From the human T2T-CHM13v2.0 reference genome, Homo sapiens: a DNA stretch of 64,000 nt. Below, piece after piece: positions 1 through 11,272 of the stretch. A program made the translations under genes and the position numbers. The stretch lies in NCBI RefSeq assembly GCF_009914755.1, contig NC_060942.1, one strand, 5' to 3'. Within the stretch, counting starts at the first letter, position 1, and each line of letters opens with the position of its first letter. The notes under the pieces were generated by a model. It was not told the DNA's origin, ran no database searches, and was given only the letters and a program-made list of their open reading frames with translations.

Positions 1-357
1 TCACGAGCTTATGGTACTGATTTCAGGTCAGATACATCATGTGTGAGTCTTCTATAAAGGGGTGGTTCCTTAGATGAAATAAAAATGCATCCACTTAATT
101 GAATATAGAACTGTCTAGGACTTACTTGATGATGCAATCTTCCAGGAGTCCTGAAAAAGCCATCCTGGAGGTGTCCTTTCCATCATTCTGGGTAGAGAGA
201 CAAGGACGTGTGTCCTGTCTGGCCAAGAGAGTAAGACACAATGTTTTGACTTATTTGTTAATGAAAGTATTTCCTTAGCCAAGATGCAGCTTGGGATCCT
301 GGAGAGGGCAGGATTCCATCACCAGACAGGTGAAAATGTGTGTTCCCATCCCATCAT

Positions 358-460
358 TTACTACCTGTGTGACCATAGAAAATTTACTCAGGCTCCAAGA
401 CCAGTTTTCTCATTAGTACAAAGGACACAATTGTATTTGCACTGAACGACTTGAAAGATG
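358..460 (+). mobile_element. MIR SINE fragment
   Basis: MIR core-like 'tactacctgtgtgacc...aaatttactc...cagttttctcatt'; boundaries approximate. Confidence 0.6.
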
Positions 461-462
461 AT

Positions 463-690
463 GAACATAACAGTTACCCTTTCATAGGTACCTATTTGTG
501 TCAAACTTAGCAAAGAGCTTATATATATATCATTGTGTTTAATCTTCACAATCTGGAATAATGAGTATTATCCCCATTTTGAGAGTGAGAACTGAAAAGT
601 GCTAGAGTAATGTTCTCAAGGGCACACAGCTATTAAGTGAGAGAAAGATATTCAAACTCAGGTTTGCTTGCCTCTAAAGCCTTTGTTCTC
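463..690 (-). mobile_element. MIR SINE, tail-to-tail with previous MIR
   Basis: Reverse MIR core 'tattatccccattttgagagtgagaactga...aagggcacacagctattaagtg...attcaaactcagg'. Confidence 0.75.
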
Positions 691-1311
691 CTGTCTATTG
701 AAACAAATCTCAGTCTTTCTGTAACATTTACTTTGCTGACTCTGCACATCTTTGGTGACATCCTGTTCTGTGTCTTTGGGCCAGCGGAGCCAGGCAAGAG
801 AGACTGCTCAAACGCGTATCTGCACCAGTCCTGTGTCCTGGATTCTAGAACAACATTGACATTTTTTTTTTCATTTTTAAATCCCTTAAATTATTTGAAG
901 ATGATATCCATGGTCCCTCAAGACTTCTGTTTTCCAAATTAAATGCCTGCAATCCCTCAAGCATTTTTCTGAGGATCTGGCTTCCAGAATGCTCCAAATC
1001 CTAGTTATTTTTGAGTTAATTATTTTCTTCCCTTATCCACATGAAATATAACAATTTTACTATGAAGAAGAAAAAGTACAATCCAGCCTCTTGGAAGAAT
1101 ACTTAATCAATTCTGTTTTCATAAAAATCCATTTTTGGTTTATTTTATTCTTTCATTTTTCTCTTCAAGATTTCTCCAGCAATGATAGGGAATTATAGAT
1201 GCTTTTCTAGTCAAACTACCTTTGTTATCTCCATGTGGGATTTATCATGACAGCTTGGACTATGGAGTGTGGGCTGCACCTTGGCCAAGAGGTCTCTAGT
1301 TCTGGGTAGTA

Positions 1312-1391
1312 TCAGGTTGGTGCAAATGTAATGGCGGTTTTTGCCATTAAAAGTAATTGCAAAAACCACAGTTACATTTGCACCAACCTAA
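1312..1391 (-). mobile_element. MADE1 (Hsmar1-derived MITE), full length 80 bp
   Basis: Palindromic TIRs TCAGGTTGGTGCAAA...TTTGCACCAACCTAA, TA on both sides (1310-1311, 1392-1393), central AAAAGT spacer. Confidence 0.95.
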
Positions 1392-1624
1392 TATTAACCC
1401 AGTGGCCTGGTCCAGCCACTTAGGTCTTCACTGAGGCACATAGAGGTGGGTGTTGGTCTCTATATCAACCCCAAAGGGAACTTCAGTATTAGTCTGGACT
1501 TCAGAAACCTAAATTTCAGAGAAGATACTGTATAAACAAGAAGAGCATTGAAAACAACATGGACTTTTTCCTTTTAATTTTCAAATCCAAGTATGTCATT
1601 TATGTCCTGTGACTGTCACCAGAA

Positions 1625-1712
1625 CATAACCTGTGAAAAAAGTAAGGAAAGTATTACTGTTACTTTATTGATGAGGATATTGAGGTTCGGAACATTTAAA
1701 GCATTGCCCAAA
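1625..1712 (-). mobile_element. MIR fragment
   Basis: 'gatgaggatattgaggttcggaacatttaaagcattgcccaa' resembles reverse MIR core. Confidence 0.55.
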
Positions 1713-2084
1713 AATTCAGCCTTGTTTTGATGATGGTAGGTGCTCAGTGGAAGTTTATGAGAGCCTACACCAGTCAATGGGCTGAGTGATACTGACTAAG
1801 AGAAAGAGAGATGGCCTTGCCAAGCAACCAGGAACCAAATGAGAATTCTGGAAAGACCTTTGTTTAAATGCACAGCCACTGCCTATTTCTAACACAGGAT
1901 AGTCTCAGCAGTGGCCTGAATTTTTGATTGTGAAGTAGGGAAGAGGAGCATTACAACATGATGGAAGAAAAATGGGAGTCACGGAGGTGGAACTGTGTTT
2001 TTTGTAGTAATCCACAATGCTATAATTGAGGATGAAGGGTGAAAGAGGCACAATTATCTTTCTGTGTGAACTTGTGAGTCAGGC

Positions 2085-2246
2085 ATTGGCTAGGACATAG
2101 ATGATTTGGATTCAGAATCTGACTCTGTCATGCCAAAGTTAACAGACATCTCACTTAAGTGCTCCAGATCAGTTTCATCACCTGTCAAGTAAAAGATCAA
2201 ATTAACTATAAGGACCCATTGAGCTCCAAAATTGTATAATTCCATG
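2085..2246 (+). mobile_element. MIR3/MIR-like fragment
   Basis: 'gatttggattcagaatctgactctgtca', 'agtttcatcacctgtcaa' and MIR3-like 3' end 'agctccaaaattgtataattc'. Confidence 0.5.
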
Positions 2247-3179
2247 TCTTATTCCCTTGGAAGACATCAAGATTACAGTAGATTTGGTATACTTAGATTA
2301 CCAGCCAGAAAGCATGCAAATTACTCTGATTCTTAGATAATTATTTTCACTTTGTGTCACCTTTGTAGAATTACCCCTCAGGGGTATTTGCAAACATAAA
2401 TGTAATTTCCCTGCAGTTCGTGATGATTAACATTGCATTGATATTTACTGTCAGGTGCCAGTCACAATATGAATGCTAGAGCTGTAAAGGTGGCCCAGAC
2501 AGCTCTTTCCTCAAATGCATTACAAGGTAGTAGAAAGGACAGTTATAGACAGATCATTTTAATAAAGGAAAGTCACCAGGTCTAAGACAGATGGCATATG
2601 CATTTAGCCAGACAAACAAGCATGGCCAGGACAAGCTAAAGTTTGTAGGTAAGAAGAGTTATACTCACCAGGTTCAGAGCCAAGTAGAGGCTGTGTTTCA
2701 GATCAGGTTTCTGGTTAACAAGGAGCACTATTCTTGCTCTTTTGAAAGACCTGGGATGTTATTTTTATATACAGTAAATAAAGTTCAATGTAATATTTGA
2801 GTCCTCAGATTTCAAGTATCTGAGGCCTTCTTTTTCATTAATATTGAAGAGGCATAATCTAAGATATTATTTTATATGTATACAGGCAGTGGGTTTCATT
2901 TCCTGGATATCCCAAGAACCCAGGCACAGCTGAACTTCCCCTGTATGTCGCCCTCTGAAACACTACTCCTGGTGACTCCTGGATGTCTGAGCACTCTTGA
3001 AAGCTGGGTTATCCTCAAAATCCACCTACCATCAAGTTGTTCAACACCTTTCTCAGCATCTCTTTGCTATATGCTTTAAAATCCATTGGGAAAATTCCCA
3101 AATCGGAAAGCATCAAAGAATTACACAAAGAAGACAACCCTTGACCTTTATCGTTCACTATCTCATGCTCCTAGCACAG

Positions 3180-3390
3180 CACAGAATAGCCAAATGGTTA
3201 GGAGCAGAGTCACTACAGAGTTGCTACCCAGGTTTAAATCCTGGCTGTCATATTTACTAGAATGTGACTTAGCTTCTCTGTCACCATGAAGATTACATTC
3301 ATTATACTTATAATGTTGCCACACAAGTTGGCCATGGAAAGCACCTGGATCTCTACCCAGCACATACTAAGCATAATATTTCTTTAACTA
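3180..3390 (+). mobile_element. MIR SINE
   Basis: 'tggttaggagcagag...ccaggtttaaatcctggctgtcatatttactag..tgtgactt' matches the MIR 5' half. Confidence 0.65.
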
Positions 3391-3611
3391 TTATCAGTCG
3401 TATTATGAAGACCCAGCCCCAGTAAAGTATTTCTTTTTCAGAAAAAAAAAGCACTATCTTTTCCCAAAGATAAATACTACACCCACTTGGAGAATGTGGT
3501 AATGGCTACAGTTTTTTTCAAAAACTATTTATCTTTTGTTCTTGCTATTCTAGCCTGAATTTTAAAATAACAATTATTGTTCTTTCTATAAAATTTTTGT
3601 GAAATAGCCAG

Positions 3612-4421
3612 TGCATTAGTCAGAATTCTCCCAAGAGACAGAACCAATAGGACACCCCACCCCCACCGGCCAATGCACACACAATAGAAATTGGCCTTCA
3701 TGATTATAGGGGCTGAGAATTTCTATGGTCTCTTGTCTGCAAGCTGGAGACCCAGAAAATCTGGTAGTGTAATTCAGCCTAAGTTGGAAGGCCTGAGAAC
3801 AAGGGAAGCCAATAATGTAAGTTCTGTTCCAGTTCATAGGCCCCTGGTCCATGAGTGCTGATGTGTGAGGGAAGGTAAAGATGGATGTCCTAGCTCAAGA
3901 AAAGGGAACAAAGTCACCTTTCCTGTGCCTTTTTGTTCTGTTTAGGTCCTGATGAATTGGGTGATGCCCATCCACATTCTTTTTTTTTTTTTGATGGAGT
4001 CTTGCTCTGTCACCCAGGCTGGAGTGCAGTGGTGCGATCTTGGCTCGCACCACTTGATCCTGGGTTCAAGCGATTCTCCTGCCCCAGCCTCCCAAGTAGC
4101 TGGGACTACAGGCGCCCACGATCACACCTGGCTAATTTTTTGTATTTTTAGTAGAGACGGGGTTTCACTCTGTTAGTCAGGATGGTGTCAATCTCCTTAG
4201 CTCATTGATCTGTCTGCCTCAGTCTCCCAAATTGCTGGGATTACAGGAGTGAGACACGACGCCTGGCCCCCACATTCTTAAGAGAAAGATCTCAGCCTAC
4301 TTAATTCAAATGCTAATTTCTTCTGGAAACCTCCTCACAGACATATCCAGAAATAATATTTTATTAGCTACCTAGGTATCCCTTAGGCCAGTCAAGTTGT
4401 CACATAAAATTAAAGGTCACA
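3612..4421 (-). mobile_element. MLT2 (ERVL) solo LTR interrupted by an Alu
   Basis: Ends 'tgcattagtcagaattctcccaagagacagaaccaatagga' and 'ccagtcaagttgtcacataaaattaaaggtcaca'; TG...CA termini; 5-bp TSD GCCAG/GGCAG. Confidence 0.85.
3980..4268 (-). mobile_element. Alu (AluSc-group) inside MLT2
   Basis: Dimeric Alu with poly-T at left; TSD CCACATTCTT on both sides. Confidence 0.95.
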
Positions 4422-4640
4422 GGCAGTATCTATGTCAGGAGGAGAACAGCATCTTAGAGAGTTTTGATTTTGGGAAAATCACAGAAATTACATTACAAAA
4501 GAACGTCAGCCATCAGCTTGCCATTATTTAACCATATACCTTTATCAAGCATATTGGAATACAAGGCCCAGGGAGTCTTTTCCAAGGTCACCAAGGTTAT
4601 GCAGGAGATTTAGAGCTAACATCCGTGCTTCCTGACTTCC

Positions 4641-4696
4641 AGTTTAATCTCACCTCTTAGTTTAATATCAACTCTTAGTTTAATCTAACCTCTTAG
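4641..4696. repeat. 18-bp tandem repeat x3 (AGTTTAATCTCACCTCTT variants)
   Basis: Copies start at 4641, 4659, 4677 with 1-2 substitutions. Confidence 0.9.
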
Positions 4697-4814
4697 GTGA
4701 CGGCCTCTTCAGACCACTTCTACAAGTGAGAGCTATGGCTGAGAAACTTTCCAACCCTGCAGGCTATCTACCAACTAGTACAATCACCACTCTACCACTA
4801 CAAATACTTTCCCC

Positions 4815-5017
4815 ACAATGTCATACATGAACATGCATGTTATACACATGTACTTTTACACACATTCACATACTAACATGTACACTCACAGATGCACATA
4901 CATTTACAAACAGCTATGCACTTGCATGAACACACATACACACATCTCACTCAAATATAGTCATGCACACACATTTGTACATGGACACACACACACTCAT
5001 ATACAGGCACACACACA
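4815..5017. repeat. Degenerate (CA)/(TACA) simple repeat
   Basis: About 200 bp dominated by alternating cacac/cata units. Confidence 0.8.
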
Positions 5018-5475
5018 GTTCCTATTGGTTAACATATAACACATTTCTTTTTTCATTCTTAGACCTGGAAAATTCATGTTCATTCTTAAAAATTTGATTC
5101 TGGGAGTCCCTCTTCTCTGACCAGTCTCCAGAGATAGACCACACATCTTCTGTGTTACTCAAGACACTTCATAAGTTTCTCTTATTTCATGCGTTATATT
5201 CTATCATTTTGTGCAATTCCTTTTTTGTAGTACCATGTACAGTATAACTGCCTTCTGGAAAAGCAACATATTTTGTTTTCTTTTGTTTCTTTGTAACCTA
5301 CTGGAGTACTTGTCATGATAAGTGTTTCTTAAACTGAAATAAACTGCTGATTCTGTGTTATAAGTAATAGAGAATAAAGTATTCCAGGAGATGAGGCAAT
5401 ACATATGACCCTGATGCTTGAGCTATGTCCCTTCATCTTGCATTTATGCCTAACTTTGCAGTAGAATTGCTGTAA

Positions 5476-5730
5476 CTCACTCATTCATTTAAAGAATGTT
5501 TCAACCGTTGTGTGATAGACTATGTGCCAAGTGCACTGAGGGTAACAAATCTCAGTGTCAAATATCTTGTCTTCAAAAAGGGTGCCATCTGGGTTGAGGG
5601 TGGGGTGGAGACAGAGGAATACAGCAATTCATGAATACTGCCATAAAAACAGAGAGCTAAGTGAATGAGAAAGGAGCCCTAAGGATATCCAGAGAAAAGG
5701 AAAGGATAATCTGGAAAAACTCTATGCCAG
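5476..5730 (-). mobile_element. L2 LINE 3' end fragment
   Basis: 'ctcactcattcattt' tail and 'actatgtgccaagtgcactg' typical of the reverse L2 3' end. Confidence 0.55.
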
Positions 5731-7049
5731 CCTCCTGCCTCTGTTCCTGGTATTTGCCAGCCCCCAGTTTCCACCCCTAGCATTGGATCTTTAATCTGGT
5801 CTTAGAGGAAAAGAGGCTCTCTACATCCCAAGTCCTAGAGAAGCCCTCACTCACAGGAGACTAACATGATCTGACCATTACCACTGAATCCCACCATATG
5901 TAATTCCACTTCAATTATGGCACAATTTTACATTGCAGAATACAAGTCAGGTTAAAATAACTTCATATGCTGGCTCTCTTGTTCAATATTCTAGGAAAAG
6001 GCATACCAAAGAAAGACCAAAGTACCAGACATACTGGAAAACCCAATTAGCTCAAGCTATTAAAAAAAATTACATAGATTCAAGACTGAAAGCCTAGGAC
6101 AAAGAGAGGACAACGCAGTGAAGAAATAAAAACAATAGTTTTTGACAGGAAGGAATGAGAAGATAAATTGAGAGCCATAGGCATAGAGGAAAACAAGAGC
6201 AAGGAAACGTTTGAGAAAATTCTTCTGCCACCTTGCTCCATGAGCCTTCAGGGCCTGCAGGGGCAGCAGAGATTGGTGTTTATGGTTTTTTATGCCAACA
6301 GAACCTGAATGTTCTCCTCCCTCTTATTTCTCTCTGTAGGGCTCTCTATCTCCTTGAAAGAAAGGATGGCTGCAGTTTAGAAAAAGCAAAACAGGCCTAG
6401 ATGGGTGTCAGAAACACTGGGAAGGCATAGACATGCCCACTGTCTCTCCAAATCTCACTACCATCCCTACCCCTTTATAGCCAACACCCTAGCTGACCTC
6501 TGTGCCTGAACTGTGGTGCCATGAAGGAAAGTTTACTCTTCAAGCTTAAGGAAAGCTACCAGCACATGAAACACGGGAGAAGAAATGCAGCATCTTAACA
6601 GCTCTCTGCAAGACAGAAGACCAACATGATACTCTCCAGGGAGCAGAATATGGTCATGGGAAGTGACAAGGCTCAAGAGGGGCCAGGTCATTGTGAGGGA
6701 ATTTGTTATGAGGAGAAAAAAAAAAGGAATATCAAAATAAGACAGAAAGGGACCACAGAGATCAATTTTATCTGTACCTTCAAAGTCCATCCCCTTTTCC
6801 TCCACCAGACCCTTCTCTGCATAATGTCCCCATGTCTGCTCATTTGTTCCAGAGATCAGAAGTCTTTCTTGAGAAATACTCATGCTACTGAATCCAAAAT
6901 TGTGACTCTGTTCTTGTTGATACATTATTACGGTTGTATATTCTCTCCTTGGTGCCTGTGTGTACAGACACAAACACACCCCTCTCCCACACACACTTGC
7001 CTTGCAGATTGATGACATGGATTAAAGAAATGTTTCCCAATTGTTTTTG

Positions 7050-7235
7050 TGACTTCTAAGCATTTTCATGAACATGCCCATGAAAGTCTCACACAATAGG
7101 CTTGGGCATTATTATTGTCACTGTATCACAGATGAGGAAACCGAGTCATGGAAGAGAGCTAAGTCGTTCAGAAACAACACAACAGCAAGTAAGTGAAAGA
7201 GATTGTATTTACTCTTTTGATCTCCTCTTCCATAC
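7050..7235 (-). mobile_element. MIR SINE
   Basis: 'attattattgtcactgtatcacagatgaggaaaccgagtc' reverse MIR core. Confidence 0.75.
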
Positions 7236-9029
7236 GTTCCAACATATAAGTTTGCCTTTGATATTATCTTACTTGGTTATCATGGCTTTAGATCCAAGTT
7301 TTTTCATGATGTCTTTCTGAATAAATCAACCTATGCAATAATCTCCTTTAAAGTATGCTATGATGATGATAATAATAATTTTAGATATTATATAGTCTGA
7401 TTATCTTTTGCAGTATATAACATGGCAATATATAATTACTTACAAAAATTATACAATTTTACTTAAGAGATGCTGAGTGCTAACTGTATAAGTCAAATTA
7501 TTTCTTGGCAACATGCTTATCATCTCCAAACAGAATTGCTTGTCTACCAAGCTTTGAGGCACAAAGCACACTTCCAGGGAGTGCTTATCATTTTCTAGTT
7601 AATCCAAATAAATATTTTATTTCACCAACTGTATCATAAGCTTTGGAAGACAAAAATTATCATTTATATTTCCTGCATTCTTGAGTAATCTATCCCATCC
7701 TTATCTCTGTAGAAGCTAGGCATATAGTATGTGTTCAATTAAATCCAGCTACACAAGTCATAACAAGTTAAATATAAGTCATTAGCCTTATTAGTGCCTT
7801 CTGCTGTTGTTTTTGTGGTTACTGCATCTCAATTTCAGTGTTTTTCTGTTTCTCAAATGCTTAGAAAATGCCAAGCCTTCCAACTCCCAGGATTTTGGCA
7901 GATCTGCATTTGTGCCAGTTTTTAAGAGAGGCTGAGAAAGCTTCTTTTGAAGAATAATTTCTAGTTATATTTTTTTCAACTGGTAATGTTGCATATTCAG
8001 CCAAAACATGAACAACATCACACCAGCCATATTGTATTACATTGTGAAATTGAGAATTGCATTAACAAGATCATCTCATAGGTGTTTCTGAGACAGGAGA
8101 AAAGTGCACAATCATTTTCTAAAGGACAAGGATAAAATGGCATCCAATTGAACAGCAGTTGATACCGGAAAAGAAGAGTCCAGCCCAAGTGAGAGTCTGG
8201 GCTCCTTTCTGTGACAGACGTCACCCTCCCAGCCAGCCTGCCAGTGCCCCAGCAGCATATGCTGTAATCTGGAAGATGTGGTTTCTAGTTAAAAACCTGG
8301 TATCTCTCTGCAGCATGAATATGAAGTTAGTAATTTCAGGTGAGTATAAAATTTTCCTGGAAAGGTTTGCCTTTAACAGAAGTTGACAGCTTTTTGTTAT
8401 GTTACATGAACCAAATTTAAGAAAGCTTCTACTTCTTGGTATGATGAGTTATAGCTATTAAACCATCTCCACCTTTCTGAGAAGAAAAAAAAATGACTTT
8501 AATTCCTCCATAGACTTTGGCACTTTTTTAAGTTAGAAATACCTGGGTGTTTTGAGAAGGCAGTAGTAGGAGTAAACCTCCACACTCTTTTCTCAGGCCT
8601 TACCTAAATCACCAAAGAGAAGAGTGGAGAGTGGGGACAGGTGTTTACCAACACCAGATCTAAATCTTTGCGTGTGTCATGTGATGAGACCAAATCAAAG
8701 GAAGATGGCAGGGCATACACAGGGCCATTCCTCTATAAGTGAATCTTAGTAATGAAAATTAGTGATAAGGGCTGACGGCATGAGTAGACGATGGGAGACA
8801 TGAGTCTGCCCCTTAGAAAACCTCTTCCCTATAGATTCCTCCACCTTTCCCATGCCTGTATTGATTAGTAGTACCTGAAACCTAGTGGAAGATAAGCTGT
8901 GGGAAAGCATGGGATTGTACTAACAGGAGACTTTTTTATGATGATATTTTAACCATAGCTCAGCCAGGATGAGACTCCACAATCAGAAATTTAAAGGTAT
9001 TGAAATATTTTACAAATTGGCAACTCAGA

Positions 9030-9169
9030 GACTAAGCATGGTGGCTCATGCCTGTAATCCCAGCACATTGGGAGGCTGAGGTGGGAGAATCACTTGAGCC
9101 CAGGAGTTCAAGACAACCTGAGCAATATAGGGTGACCCCCACCTCTACAAAGAAAACAAAAAACAAAAC
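9030..9169 (+). mobile_element. FLAM (free left Alu monomer)
   Basis: Single monomer 'ggtggctcatgcctgtaatcccagc...cacttgagcccaggagttcaagac' followed directly by an A-rich tail. Confidence 0.9.
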
Positions 9170-9449
9170 ACTTGACCACTCACCATAGTGCATTCCAGAA
9201 CCAGACTACAACTCTCCACCGCCTCCACACAGAGTAGAAAAAAAATTTTTTGGACATAATATTTTGAAAAAATCATACTGTGAAACAGTTAAAATGACTG
9301 CAGATAACAAAAACAAGAAAAGAAGAGATATTTGTAGATAGCAATTGCTTTGTTCTTAAAAAATGTACTGAATAATGGGATGATAAAAGAATAGGCTCAT
9401 GATGAGGGGCGTGGCTAACTTGAAAGATGAATCCAAGCACATAATCCAA

Positions 9450-9870
9450 GCAGATAATCACAGTGCAGACAGAAAAGGTGCATTGAGAAGTCACGATCAG
9501 AATTGAAATAGCAGAAACCAAATAAATTATGTGAAGACAGGCTTGAGGACACTCTAATCACAGAAGAGAAGAACAGCGAGGTAGGTGAAAGAAAAAAGAA
9601 AGATGACAAATATGAAGCATACCAGTGGAGGTTATCTTGGGAAAACTGGTGCTCCCAAAGAGAATAAGCCAAACGAAACAGAAAAAGTAATCACAAATAT
9701 GGTAGAAGAACTAATAATTTAACTGACAGAGGACTTGCTCCTATGGATGGAAAGATTTAAATGTATACCAAGTAAAATTAAGTCACAGGATCTAAACATA
9801 CCCTAGTGAAATAATGGGATCAAAAAGGTGAAGATAGAATCTTACATGTATATTCAAAGAACAAAATGCC
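9450..9870 (+). mobile_element. Very old L1/HAL1 ORF1-like fragment
   Basis: A/G-rich; 'gaattgaaatagcagaaaccaaat', 'aacataccctagtgaaat', 'gatagaatcttaca' resemble decayed ORF1; no open frame. Confidence 0.4.
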
Positions 9871-10950
9871 ATATATTCCCAATTACATGAAAATCTGTGA
9901 TGGCTCCAAATAGAAGACAGTCCTATATTCTCTTAATGAGACGATTAATAATATAGGGCCAACTTGGAAATATAATTCAAGTTCTTCTACTAATAATTAA
10001 TTTGTGCTGCTTTAGAATCATTTAACCTATCAGGTTAAACTATAGAAAATTATCAGCTTTCAACTTTTTACTTACAGGAAACAAACAAGATAAAAAACAG
10101 GCAAACAAACAAACAAAACAATTGCCTGTGGTTCAATCTGAAACTCCTACCAAGCTCAGTATCTTCTGTGTAAACTTGGTAAGTAATGGCTCTTTCGAAT
10201 ATGTGTTAATATACAATCAATAGAAATTTTATATGCACCTGAAAGTTTTCATTTTAATAATATCAGGGCAGTTTTAAAAAATCCTAAAGATTTTTTTTTA
10301 GCAATGTAACTACACACCCTAATGCTTTAAAAAATAATTTTCATGTGGCTCATTTATAATGAAACACAACACTTACAGGCATAAGGCAGAGCCCCCAGGA
10401 ATAATGAAGAGAACTCAGTTAAAATCCTTTGTCTGCTGAATTTCATTGGATGAGTTTTGCGAGCCCCCAAAATTAGCACTGATTGAGTTGGTTTCAATCT
10501 AACGTGTCTCTGCAACAGGGTTCTGTATTCCTCATAGGAAAGTTGCCTTAAGGACTTGGTAAAAGTCAACTGTCTCTGTGCTGAGGCTGGCTTCAGATTT
10601 CTCTCTTGTATCGTGAAAAATTAGAAATGAAAAAAAAGAAAGATTCAAGGTGTTGAAATGCCATATCCAGCCAAGAAGTGATACATGTGAAGACTGAAAG
10701 ACTGCCTAACTTGAGAAGAATAACATTCATGGACACTCTCTGAAACAAACTTAATAGATGACATATAGCTATTCTATGAAATTAGGCTCTAAATATTATA
10801 ATTTTTAGAAAAAGTTATATTTCATGTGACAATAAGTAATTTACCTAAAATAGACTTCAATCAAAAACAGGAGTTTGGACCTGGGAGTGAAAACTGTGGA
10901 TGTTTAACATTGCTCGTGTATTCATAAAAGCTAGTAAAGTGATTAAATGC

Positions 10951-10955
<5 letters not shown>

Positions 10956-10992
<37 letters not shown>

Positions 10993-11272
10993 AGAAGGAG
11001 TCTCCCTGTGTTGCCCGGGCTGGAGAGCAGTAGCGCGATCTCGGCTCACTGCAAGCTCCGCCCCCTGGGTTCACGACATTCTCCTGCCTCAGCCTCCCGA
11101 GTAGCTGGGAATATAGGCGCCCGCCACTACGGCCGGCTAATTTTTTGTATATTTAGTAGAGACGGGGTTTCACCGTGTTAGCCAGGATGGTCTTGGTCTC
11201 CTGACCTCGTGATCCACCCTCCTCGGCCTCCCAAAGTGCTGGGATTACAGGCGTGAGCCACCGCATCCGGCC
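10956..11272 (-). mobile_element. AluY, full length, 36-nt pure poly(A) tail
   Basis: Y diagnostics 'ctgcaagctccgcc', 'gggttcacg', 'gtgttagccaggatgg'; many CpGs retained; degenerate 15-bp TSD. Confidence 0.95.

Noticed and set aside
2075-2081. Isolated AP-1 TGAGTCA sites (also ~22691, 37552, 41685)
   Set aside because: Frequency is consistent with chance for a 7-mer.
3933-4176. ORFs with '[17 protein letters not shown]' peptides (also 10900, 13659, 39175, 39371, 56861, 61410, 62480)
   Set aside because: Standard translations of antisense Alu sequence.
4818-5039. His/Thr-rich ORF (also 27074 and the Pro/Ser-rich ORFs at 60026-60358)
   Set aside because: Translations of simple repeats.
6533-7018. 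Overlapping antisense ORFs of 161 aa (-) and 128 aa (+), the longest in the track
   Set aside because: No recognisable domain or exon structure; this length is expected by chance in 64 kb.
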